From Gammaproteobacteria bacterium (GTDB lineage Bacteria; Pseudomonadota; Gammaproteobacteria; GCA-001735895): a stretch of DNA of 64,000 nucleotides. This document shows positions 17,651 through 26,530 of the stretch, piece by piece. Numbering within the stretch: position 1 is the first letter of the stretch; every line of letters begins with the position of its first letter. Where the stretch lies: assembly GCA_030595795.1 (NCBI GenBank), contig JAUVCH010000001.1, positions 38,678 to 102,677 on the forward strand. The letters run 5' to 3'. The position numbers and the translations under genes were made by a program. The notes beneath the pieces were generated by a model. That model was not told the DNA's origin and searched no databases. It saw nothing but the letters and a program-made list of their open reading frames with translations.

Positions 17651-18558
17651 TTCGACTCCGTTTCTTTGCCTTGCACATGCTGATAAAGCATCATCGGCAA
17701 TACTAGAACTAACAGCAGGGCAATTGCGACCGCAGAAGCGACCGGCCAGTCGACATTGGCATTAAATTCGTTGTACAGAATTCGACCGATCATTAAGACG
17801 TTACCACCGCCGAGCAGGTCGGGTATGACGTATTCACCAGTCGCTGGGATAAAAACTAGCAAGGATCCGGCGATGATACCGGGCAGGGTCATCGGAACAG
17901 TAACGGTCAGAAATGTCGTTGCCGGTCGCGCACCGAGATCTTCAGCGGCTTCCAGCAGGGTCCAGTCGAGCTTTTCCATATTGGCGTAAAGCGGCAGTAT
18001 CATGAACGGTAAATAAGTATAAACAATGCCGACATAGACGGCGAAATGCGAATATAAGAGCCGAATCGGCTCATCAATGAGGCCAATTGCTATGAGTAAA
18101 TTATTGATTGTCCCCTGATCGGCGAGCAGCCCCATCCAGGCGTAAACCCGAAGTAAAAACGAGGTCCAGAAAGGCAGGATAACCAGCATTAGTAAAATGT
18201 TTTTACGGGTCTGGCTGGAACGTACGATAGCGTAGGCCATCGGGTAGCCGATGAGCAGGCAAATTAGAGTCGATATCGACGATATTTTTAACGAACTGAT
18301 GTAGGTCTTAACGTATAAATCGTCTTCCCAGAGGTAGGCGAAATTGTCGAATACCAGTTTGATATGCATCACACCTTCATCGACCCAGTTGATCATCGGT
18401 AAAAATGGGGGGCTGGCTATGGTGGCTTCGGAGAGGCTTATCTTGAAAACGATGAAAAAAGGCGCGAGAAAGAATATCAGCAGCCAGAAGAAGGGGATGA
18501 AGACGACTACTGACTTCCAGTTTCGTTGCAGCGATCGGGATATCCCCTGCAATGTCAT
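17647..18558 (-). CDS. potH: Putrescine/polyamine ABC transporter permease
   Basis: LPFWTSFLLRVYAW, YLPFMILPLY, LLEAAEDLGA, GEYVIPDLLGG. Confidence 0.9.
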   Translation of the reverse strand: MTLQGISRSLQRNWKSVVVFIPFFWLLIFFLAPFFIVFKISLSEATIASPPFLPMINWVDEGVMHIKLVFDNFAYLWEDDLYVKTYISSLKISSISTLICLLIGYPMAYAIVRSSQTRKNILLMLVILPFWTSFLLRVYAWMGLLADQGTINNLLIAIGLIDEPIRLLYSHFAVYVGIVYTYLPFMILPLYANMEKLDWTLLEAAEDLGARPATTFLTVTVPMTLPGIIAGSLLVFIPATGEYVIPDLLGGGNVLMIGRILYNEFNANVDWPVASAVAIALLLVLVLPMMLYQHVQGKETESK

Positions 18559-19700
18559 TTGCTGAGTACCACCGAGCTGGAAGCTTCCCAGCTGAGATAA
18601 ACTTCGTCTTCCCAGTCTATGGCCAGGTTGCCATCTTTGGGTCTGGAGAGGTTTGGTGAGGTGACCTCAATCAGCGTGTCATCGTCTATTTTGACACGAT
18701 AAATCGAAATTTTCCCGAGGTAAGCGATATCGTGAACAACCCCTTTAACCTGATTAGCGCGCGCTTCATCCGGTGCCTGCTTTGATATTTTTATCTTCTC
18801 CGGGCGCAGTGCAACCCATACTTTGTGGCCCTCCTGAATTTCAAGTCCGTGGTCGATATAAATTTCACATTCGGGCTGTTTGCTCTGTACAACAACATGA
18901 TCGGGACCATTCTCAATGATTCTACCCTGAAACATATTGGCATTGCCGATGAAATTGGCAACCAGTCGTGATTCGGGGAATTCGTAAATTTCTGTCGGTG
19001 TGCCAATTTGCATAAATCGGCCGGTATCCATCACTGCGATACGCGTGGACAGCGTCATCGCTTCTTCCTGGTCGTGGGTGACGACGACAAAGGTGACGCC
19101 GAGTTGTTCCTGGATATTCATGAGTTCGAACTGAGTCTGCTCGCGTAGGCGTTTATCCAGAGCGGCTAAAGGTTCGTCCAGGAGTAGCACTTTAGGGCTT
19201 TTTACCAGGGCTCGGGCTAGCGCGACACGTTGCTTCTGGCCACCGGATAACTGGTGCGGTTTACGCTTACTAAACTGGGTGAGTTCGACCATGGCCAACA
19301 TATCATCGACACGTTGTTTGATTTCGATTTTACCAAAACCTTCACGTTTCAGGCCATAAGCGACATTATTTTCGACCGTCATATGCGGGAATAGCGCGTA
19401 GGACTGAAACATCATGTTGACCGGGCGTTCATAAGGCGGCACATCGTTCATGTTAACGCCGTCGATAAAAATATTGCCGGATGATGGGGTTTCAAATCCT
19501 GCCAGCATTCTTAGCAGCGTTGTTTTGCCGCAGCCGGAACCGCCGAGCAGAGAGAAAAGCTCACCCTTGTAGATATCGAGATCCACATTGTCTACTGCGG
19601 TGAAACTACCAAATTGTTTGCTGACGCTTTGAACCTTTATGAATGGTTCGGCATCGGAATCCATCCAGGGTCGATCCGTGTATTGAGAAGGGTCAGGCAT
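18555..19700 (-). CDS. potG: Putrescine/polyamine ABC transporter ATP-binding protein
   Basis: GGSGCGKTT, FQSYALFPHM, LSGGQKQR, LLLDEP, VTHDQEEA, C-terminal TOBE region. Start moved to ATG 19700. Confidence 0.9.
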   Translation of the reverse strand: MPDPSQYTDRPWMDSDAEPFIKVQSVSKQFGSFTAVDNVDLDIYKGELFSLLGGSGCGKTTLLRMLAGFETPSSGNIFIDGVNMNDVPPYERPVNMMFQSYALFPHMTVENNVAYGLKREGFGKIEIKQRVDDMLAMVELTQFSKRKPHQLSGGQKQRVALARALVKSPKVLLLDEPLAALDKRLREQTQFELMNIQEQLGVTFVVVTHDQEEAMTLSTRIAVMDTGRFMQIGTPTEIYEFPESRLVANFIGNANMFQGRIIENGPDHVVVQSKQPECEIYIDHGLEIQEGHKVWVALRPEKIKISKQAPDEARANQVKGVVHDIAYLGKISIYRVKIDDDTLIEVTSPNLSRPKDGNLAIDWEDEVYLSWEASSSVVLSK

Positions 19701-19731
19701 TGCGAGTAGCTCCACAACAAATATCAATCAT

Positions 19732-19766
19732 AAAAAAACCGGAGTGACATGATATCACTCCGGTTT
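19732..19766 (-). terminator. Hairpin/terminator between potF and potG
   Basis: AAACCGGAGTGA...TCACTCCGGTTT with an A tract on the plus strand (U tract in the minus-strand transcript). Confidence 0.75.
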
Positions 19767-19778
19767 CGGGTTGTGGCC

Positions 19779-20882
19779 TTAATTTCCCGCTTTGAAGTTT
19801 GTCCAGGTGCGGGTACGGATGCGCTCGATTTTGGGAGGTACTACTGCCAGCGTGTACATTTTTGCAACCTGATCTGAGGTCGGGAAAGCTGCTGGACTGC
19901 CGGTAACCTCCTCATCAATCATTTTGATCGCTGAATAGTTGGCGGTTGCATACCAGGAGTAGTTGGAGTCGGCTGCTGCTACTTCGGGTCGCATCATATA
20001 GTCTAAAAATAAGTGTGCGTTTTCGATATTTTCCGCGTCAGCCGGAATCACCCAACCATCTACCCAGAGATTAGCTGCCCCGTCCCCAGGTGGCAGGAAG
20101 AAATCCAGAACTACACCCGTGTTGGCCTCTTCTGCACCAGACATCGCCAGTAGGCCATCAGGACCCCAGGTAACCGATACGCAAAATTCGCGTTGAGGCA
20201 TTCTCTGGTAGGCGTAGTTATCAAAGGTTTTGATGTAAGGACGTACTTTCTTGAGCATGTCTTCGACTTTCTTGTAGTCTGCCTTGTTGTTTGAGGCTGG
20301 ATCGAGTCCAAGATAGGCCAGTGCCATAGGGATGACATCGGTCGGAGAATCGAGGAAAGAAACACCACATTTTGCCAGCTCTTTCATATGCTTCGGGTCA
20401 AAGATCATGTCGAGCGAGCCAATCGGAGCACCTGGGTGGGTTTTCAATACCAGTTCCTCATTATAGGTAACGCCATGCGTACCCCACATATACGGAATAA
20501 CATATTGGTTACCAGGATCCCAGTTCGTCGAAAGCTGTGCCATGATAGATGCATCCATGTGCCTGAGATTAGACAGTTTTGAAATATCAATTTTTTGTAA
20601 AATACCACCCGGAATTAAGCGGCCTATTGCTGAACCTGAGTGGGCGACGACATCGTAACCCGAACTACCAGCTAGCAGCTTGGCGTCGATGGCTTCGACC
20701 GAATCGTAGTTATCGTAGATGACTTTGATGTCATATTCTTTGGCAAAGTTGGCGATGGTTTCTTCGCCAATATACTCCGCCCAGTTAGTGACGTTAAGTG
20801 ACCCAGCCGCGCTGACGGCGGATGAGCCGACTATCATCACTGTGGCAAGTATGCCGTTAATAGTGTTCTTCGTTGTTTTCAT
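19779..20882 (-). CDS. potF: Polyamine ABC transporter substrate-binding protein (PotF/PotD family)
   Basis: Signal peptide, LNVTNWAEYI, AKLLAGSSGYDV, PYMWGT, RTRTWTNFK; GGAGG upstream of ATG 20882. Confidence 0.8.
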   Translation of the reverse strand: MKTTKNTINGILATVMIVGSSAVSAAGSLNVTNWAEYIGEETIANFAKEYDIKVIYDNYDSVEAIDAKLLAGSSGYDVVAHSGSAIGRLIPGGILQKIDISKLSNLRHMDASIMAQLSTNWDPGNQYVIPYMWGTHGVTYNEELVLKTHPGAPIGSLDMIFDPKHMKELAKCGVSFLDSPTDVIPMALAYLGLDPASNNKADYKKVEDMLKKVRPYIKTFDNYAYQRMPQREFCVSVTWGPDGLLAMSGAEEANTGVVLDFFLPPGDGAANLWVDGWVIPADAENIENAHLFLDYMMRPEVAAADSNYSWYATANYSAIKMIDEEVTGSPAAFPTSDQVAKMYTLAVVPPKIERIRTRTWTNFKAGN

Positions 20883-21004
20883 TAGTGTTCCTCCGGTGGA
20901 CTGAATTATGATATTGGATGCCGGTTGCATCCGCAATCTTGTAGAATAGTATAACTTTAAAACTGTACTGAAACTTAATTGAGGCTCTGTTTTCTGCTCG
21001 ATTA

Positions 21005-21033
21005 ATAGTGATCACAAAAACCATGAATGTCAA
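21005..21033 (-). promoter_or_regulatory. Sigma70 promoter of potFGHI with operator AGTGATCACA (21007-21016) over the -10 box
   Basis: Minus strand reads TTGACA-N17-CACTAT. Confidence 0.65.
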
Positions 21034-21072
21034 TCGGGTATTGTGGGCTTGTAGGTTTTACTGGTTTATTTT

Positions 21073-21741
21073 TCATGCTTCTTTCATAAACTGCCGAATT
21101 GATACCGATTCATTTGGATAAATTATTTCGATTAATCGATATATCTCCTGTATTGCCTGCTGGCGCTTAAAGTTTGGCGGGCCGATTAAAAAGTTTTGCC
21201 AGAGTCCGTCGATTATGGCCTCAATTGTTATAGCAGCAGAGTCGGCAGGAAGGGTGGCGCTGGTATTTTGCTCGATTTTCTGACATACCTGGCTTAAAGC
21301 TTCTGAAAAGGCACGGTCCTGTTCGCCGCAGAGAGACATATAAATAGGGCGTGAACGAGCTTCTCCCCAAAATGCGAACCAGACGCTGATCTTTTTGCGG
21401 CTACAGATAGACGCTCGAAATGGTACGGCAATCAGAGCGCAGAGTTGTTCAATCGGGCTTTTACCGGTCTCGGCTAATACACTCTTCCAGCAGCGTAAAT
21501 ATTCTTCACTGAGGTGACGTAAGGCCTGTTCCAGTAGTAAATCCTTGCTTTGAAAATGGAATATAACATTACCCTGCGAAACCCCTGCGTGTTTGGCGAT
21601 ATGGGCTAAAGTTGTTTGAGACAGGCCGAGTTTGTCTATGCAGTCGAAGGTTGCTTCGACTAATTGTTGCTTGCGAAACTCGCTTTGCCTGGCGCGACTT
21701 CGGCTGTGCAAATTTTTCTCGGTGACGCTGATTGCGTTCAA
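21073..21741 (-). CDS. TetR-family regulator, BetI-type
   Basis: RKQQLVEAT, IAKHAGVSQGNVIFHFQSKDLL HTH, VWFAFWGEA, IDGLW (BetI-type C-terminal domain). Confidence 0.85.
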   Translation of the reverse strand: MNAISVTEKNLHSRSRARQSEFRKQQLVEATFDCIDKLGLSQTTLAHIAKHAGVSQGNVIFHFQSKDLLLEQALRHLSEEYLRCWKSVLAETGKSPIEQLCALIAVPFRASICSRKKISVWFAFWGEARSRPIYMSLCGEQDRAFSEALSQVCQKIEQNTSATLPADSAAITIEAIIDGLWQNFLIGPPNFKRQQAIQEIYRLIEIIYPNESVSIRQFMKEA

Positions 21742-21884
21742 GTACTATTCCAGCAACTGCTTTTAACTGGAATTTAATTTAAACTGAGTGTTTAGTCAAT
21801 GAAAAATTGTATATCGTTGAAATATTTGAATTTAATATATAAATAGTTAGAATACTGGTTACCAAATTGAAAAGCGGGTGTGAC

Positions 21885-23267
21885 ATGTCAGAAAAAACAG
21901 CAGAGTTGAGACGAAACGATAACCAGTTTATCCATCCCTGGGATGATATTGCTAAACTCGGTGAGAATCAGCGCACCGTGCTTGAGCGTGGCGACGGCGT
22001 TTACGTTTATGATAGCGATGGTCATCGGTTACTCGATGCGCCGGCTGGTATGTGGTGTGTTAACATTGGTCATGGTCGGGAGGAAATGGCGCAGGTCATT
22101 TACGACCAGATCATGCAACTGTCTTATGCTTCGCCCTGGTCTTTGACTACTGGTCCGGCCGCACAGTTTAGTGCTCAGATTGCAGCAGAAGCGCCCGGTG
22201 ATATGAATCACGTGTTTTTTACCACCTGTGGCTCTACTGCAGTCGATTCGGCATTACGCTTTGTGCAGTTCTATAATAACGTACGCGGTAAGCCGCAAAA
22301 AAAGGGCATCATCGCGCATCAAAAAGGTTATCACGGCAGCACCTATCTTGGCGCTAGCGTTTCTGGAAAGGAAAGAGACAAGAACTACCTCGATTTTGCC
22401 GACCAGCTCGTGCATCACATTCCGGCACCGCATCCGTTACATAAAGACCCCAGCCAGTCTGATGCGGATTTCCTCGAGCAATGCGTCGCTAATTTAGAAA
22501 AGAAGATTCTGGACGTTGGGCCGGATTCGTGCGCGGTTTTTGTGTCTGAGCCAATCCTGGCCTCGGGCGGTGTCATCGTGCCGCCAGAGGGTTACCACGC
22601 GCGTTGCCTCGAACTTTGCCGTAAATATGACATGCTGTATTTATCGGATGAGGTAGTTACCGCCTTTGGCCGACTTGGTCATTGCTTTGCTTCCGAGGCG
22701 GTATTTGGCATTCAACCCGATTTAATTACCACAGCGAAGGGTTTGACCTCCGGTTATATCCCAATGGGAGCCGTACTGGTGTCTGATCGATTACTCGATG
22801 AATTACGTGCCTGTGGGGGCGATAGTGCGGTATTTTCGAATGGTTTTACCTATTCGGGTCATCCGGTTGCCGCTGCCGCTGGCATTAAAAACCTCGAAAT
22901 TATGAAGCGTGAGAAACTATTTGAGAACGCTCAGACAGTCGGGCAGTATTTTCAGCAGCAATTACGAACCCTGAGCGATATTCCGATTGTCAGCGATGTG
23001 CGCGGTGTCGGGTTAATGGGTTGTGTCGAATGCGAATTGAATCAGGGCGCTGGCGATCTTGAGCTGGATTATGATTTAGGTAATCGAATCGACAAACACT
23101 GCCAGGAACTTGGTTTGATCGTACGCCCAATCATCAATATGTGCGTCATGTCGCCACCTTTAATAATCACCAAAGATCAAATCGACGAAATGGTTTTAAT
23201 TCTGCGTACCGGCGTCGAACGCGCTATGCAGGATTGCATCGACGAAGGTATCTGGAAACCTGAATAA
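21885..23267 (+). CDS. Class III (omega-amine) aminotransferase
   Basis: FIHPW, AGMWCVNIGHG, EPILASGGVIVPP, SDEVVTAFGRLG, AKGLTSGYIP, GFTYSGHP. Confidence 0.85.
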   Translation: MSEKTAELRRNDNQFIHPWDDIAKLGENQRTVLERGDGVYVYDSDGHRLLDAPAGMWCVNIGHGREEMAQVIYDQIMQLSYASPWSLTTGPAAQFSAQIAAEAPGDMNHVFFTTCGSTAVDSALRFVQFYNNVRGKPQKKGIIAHQKGYHGSTYLGASVSGKERDKNYLDFADQLVHHIPAPHPLHKDPSQSDADFLEQCVANLEKKILDVGPDSCAVFVSEPILASGGVIVPPEGYHARCLELCRKYDMLYLSDEVVTAFGRLGHCFASEAVFGIQPDLITTAKGLTSGYIPMGAVLVSDRLLDELRACGGDSAVFSNGFTYSGHPVAAAAGIKNLEIMKREKLFENAQTVGQYFQQQLRTLSDIPIVSDVRGVGLMGCVECELNQGAGDLELDYDLGNRIDKHCQELGLIVRPIINMCVMSPPLIITKDQIDEMVLILRTGVERAMQDCIDEGIWKPE

Positions 23268-23281
23268 TTAGAGGTGAAAAA

Positions 23282-24502
23282 ATGAAATTCACAAACGCAA
23301 AAAAAATATTCGATCAAACCGGCAATGGCCGTAAAGGCCTGCCCCCCTGGACGTTTAATAACCCAGAACTGTCACAACTCGAGATGGAACAGGTGTTTTT
23401 GCGTAACTGGTTCTGGATCGGTCATATTTCAGATATTCCGAATACCGGTGACTATAAATGTCAGGAACTGGGCAACGAGCGCGCTGTAGTTATACGTGGT
23501 AAAGACGACAATATCCGAGCCTTTCACAATCTCTGTCGGCATCGTGGCTCACGCGTTGTCGAAGGTAAGGAAGGTAATTGTAAGAATGCTATCGTCTGCC
23601 CATTTCATGCCTGGTCTTATCATTTGGATGGGCGTTTAAAGACCATACCGCGCGCAGATACCTTCCCCGATATCGACAAGTCTGAATATGGCCTCAAACC
23701 ACTCGATTGCGAAGTTTGGCATGGTTTGATTTTCATTCGCTTTGGCGGTGAGGGTTCATCGGTTGCTGAGGCTATGGCAAGCGCCGAAGACGAGGTCAGC
23801 CTGTATAAAATGGCTGATATGAAACCAATCGATACTTTCTGGGATTTCGAGTTTGATCTGGACTGGAAGGCCGTGCTCGATATCGACAACGAAGGCTATC
23901 ACGTACCTAAAGGGCACCCTGAATTATACGATCTGTTCGGCAATACTTATCGGGATCAGATTACCGAGTGCGGACTATCCCGCGCACATGGTTATCTAAA
24001 AGATTCGCCTGCAAAGGGCCCGCTGGTGCAAAATTACCTCGATACTTTACCCGAAGGCAGCTACCTGCCTGAATCGCACCAGCGAATCTGGATTTACTGG
24101 GGCATGTTCCCAGGTTTCGTGGTCACGTTAATGCCAGACATGATTGAGGTTTACCAGACCTACTCGCTCGGTCATCAAAAAAGTATTATGGCCGGGGCCT
24201 GTTACGCGCTTGACGATGAACGCCCTGATATGCAAAAGGCGCGCGAATACAATCGCAAAATCAACATGACGGTCGGTGAAGAAGACATCAAACTGGTGAA
24301 GTATTCGGATCAGGGTATGCGTTCACAAGTGTATCAGGGAGCATTATTGTCAGACCTGGAGCTTGGTATTGCATCATTTCAGAACCAGTTGCGTGACCTG
24401 TTGCCCGTGGTGACGCTGGAGCTGCCACCCGAAACCGGTAAGCTCGTCGATAAAAACAAAGAGTTGCTCTATGCTCGACCCGCGCTACGCTCAGCTATTT
24501 GA
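23282..24502 (+). CDS. Rieske non-heme iron oxygenase alpha subunit (choline/betaine/carnitine-type group)
   Basis: CRHRG...CPFHAW Rieske motif; NEGYHVPKGHP mononuclear Fe ligands; EED. Confidence 0.85.
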   Translation: MKFTNAKKIFDQTGNGRKGLPPWTFNNPELSQLEMEQVFLRNWFWIGHISDIPNTGDYKCQELGNERAVVIRGKDDNIRAFHNLCRHRGSRVVEGKEGNCKNAIVCPFHAWSYHLDGRLKTIPRADTFPDIDKSEYGLKPLDCEVWHGLIFIRFGGEGSSVAEAMASAEDEVSLYKMADMKPIDTFWDFEFDLDWKAVLDIDNEGYHVPKGHPELYDLFGNTYRDQITECGLSRAHGYLKDSPAKGPLVQNYLDTLPEGSYLPESHQRIWIYWGMFPGFVVTLMPDMIEVYQTYSLGHQKSIMAGACYALDDERPDMQKAREYNRKINMTVGEEDIKLVKYSDQGMRSQVYQGALLSDLELGIASFQNQLRDLLPVVTLELPPETGKLVDKNKELLYARPALRSAI

Positions 24503-26519
24503 ACCGATAAAAATCGGCCCGGTCACCGCGCCGAACCGGTTTTATCAGGTTCCACATTGTAGTGGTATGGGTTACAGCCGCCCGCAAATGCTGGCTAGTA
24601 TGCGAGGTGTCAAGGCCGAAGGTGGCTGGGGCGTGGTCTGTACCGAGTACTGCTCGATTAATCCGAGTTCCGACGATATGCCATTTCCGCATGCCTCGAT
24701 CTGGGATAATGATGATGTCAAAAATTTAAAATTGATGACAGACGCAGTGCATCAGCAGGGTTCGCTAGCGGGTGTTGAACTCTGGTACAGCGGACACTCC
24801 AGCGCCAACCTCTATAGTCGCGAAGCTTCTTTCGGTCCGGTTAGTTTGCCGAATAATGCTATGGTAGGTATGCCTGTTCAGACCCAGCCGATGACACTGG
24901 ATGATATAGTCGAATTACGCGGCTGGTACCAGGCTGCGACCAGACGAGCTATCGAAGCGGGTTTCGATATCGTTTACGTTTACGCAAATCACGATTATCT
25001 GCTGAGCAACTTTCTATCACCTGAAACGAATACACGTAGTGACGAATACGGTGGTTCGGCCATGAATCGTGTCCGTCTGATTCGAGAGGTTATAGAAGAT
25101 ACGCTCGAAACGGTCAGGGATAAATGTGCGGTTGCGGTGCGTTATTCGATTCCGGCTGATGTCGACGATGATCCCCTTGAACTCATCGACATGTTTAAAA
25201 GTATCTCTGAGTTACCCGACCTCTGGGATATTACCGTGACCGATTATGGCCTCGAGATGGGAAGCTCGCGCTTTGTCAAGGAAGCGTCGACCCAGGCCGC
25301 AGTCGCCAAAATAAAATCAATGACCAGCAAACCGGTTGTGAGCGTAGGGCGATTTACCTCGCCCGATACCATGCTCAGGCAGATCAAAAGGGGTGTGCAG
25401 GATTTTATCGGCGCAGCCCGACCTTCGATAGCAGATCCTTTTTTGCCGAATAAAATTAAGCAGGGACGGCTGGATGATATCCGTGAATGCATCGGTTGTA
25501 ATGTTTGCTATGCGCACAATAGCCTCGGCGTGCCGATTCGTTGTACTCAAAACCCGACTATGGGTGAAGAATGGCGGCGCGGCTGGCATCCTGAGCAAAT
25601 CACAGAAAAGCACGCGGATGAATCAGTGTTGATTATAGGTAGTGGCCCGGCTGGGTTAGAAGCCGCCTGTGCACTGGGTCAACGCGGCTACGCGGTAACA
25701 TTGGCCGAGGCCAATACTGAACTTGGCGGCCGTATTAGTCGTGAGAGTGTCTTGCCCGGCCTGTCCGAATGGAGCAGAGTCCGCGACTGGCGGCTCGGTC
25801 AGCTCGCGAAATTAACCAATGTGGAGATTTATCCGGATAATCGGCTTGATGCAGAATCCGTGCTCGAACTCGATATGCAGCACGTTTTCGTCGCTACCGG
25901 CGCAAGCTGGCGTAGCGATGGTGTTGGTCGTTATCGAAGTTCAGCGTTTTCCGGACACGAACTCGATTCGGTGATGTCGGTTGATTCAATTCTCGACGGA
26001 GATATGCCATCGGGTTCGGTATTGATTTATGATGACGATCATTATTACCTCGGAAATGCCATCGCGTTAAAATTGCGCGAAGCAAATATTCCTGTAACTA
26101 TGGTAACGCCCGAAGCACGTATCGGTGGCTGGAACCACCACACCACCGAACAGCATCAGTTGATTCGTAGCCTGATTGAAGCTGGTGTAGAAATGGTTTG
26201 TGATCGAGGACTTGTTGGCTGGGACGGTAAAATTGCACAACTCGAATGTATATTTAGTGGTGATGTTTTTGAGCTGGCAGCCGATTATGTTGTACCGGTT
26301 ACTGCGCGTTTACCAAACGACCAACTTTGGCATGAATTACAGGCGCAAAAATCCCGATTTAAAAGCCTGCAACGTATTGGTGATTGCCTGATGCCTGGCA
26401 TTATTGCCACTGCTGTTTATTCCGGTCATAAAGCCGCACGTGAACTCGGCGAGCGGATATCCGAAATCGAATTACGGCGTGACCGAATCGTCTCGACAAA
26501 ACTGGAACCTTTTACATAA
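24471..26519 (+). CDS. Trimethylamine/dimethylamine dehydrogenase-family iron-sulfur flavoprotein, paralog 1
   Basis: NRFYQVPHC, KAEGGWG, TEYCSINP, ARPSIADP, ECIGCNVC...CTQNP, GSGPAGLE. Confidence 0.85.
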   Translation: MLDPRYAQLFEPIKIGPVTAPNRFYQVPHCSGMGYSRPQMLASMRGVKAEGGWGVVCTEYCSINPSSDDMPFPHASIWDNDDVKNLKLMTDAVHQQGSLAGVELWYSGHSSANLYSREASFGPVSLPNNAMVGMPVQTQPMTLDDIVELRGWYQAATRRAIEAGFDIVYVYANHDYLLSNFLSPETNTRSDEYGGSAMNRVRLIREVIEDTLETVRDKCAVAVRYSIPADVDDDPLELIDMFKSISELPDLWDITVTDYGLEMGSSRFVKEASTQAAVAKIKSMTSKPVVSVGRFTSPDTMLRQIKRGVQDFIGAARPSIADPFLPNKIKQGRLDDIRECIGCNVCYAHNSLGVPIRCTQNPTMGEEWRRGWHPEQITEKHADESVLIIGSGPAGLEAACALGQRGYAVTLAEANTELGGRISRESVLPGLSEWSRVRDWRLGQLAKLTNVEIYPDNRLDAESVLELDMQHVFVATGASWRSDGVGRYRSSAFSGHELDSVMSVDSILDGDMPSGSVLIYDDDHYYLGNAIALKLREANIPVTMVTPEARIGGWNHHTTEQHQLIRSLIEAGVEMVCDRGLVGWDGKIAQLECIFSGDVFELAADYVVPVTARLPNDQLWHELQAQKSRFKSLQRIGDCLMPGIIATAVYSGHKAARELGERISEIELRRDRIVSTKLEPFT

Positions 26520-26530
26520 GAAGTTAATTT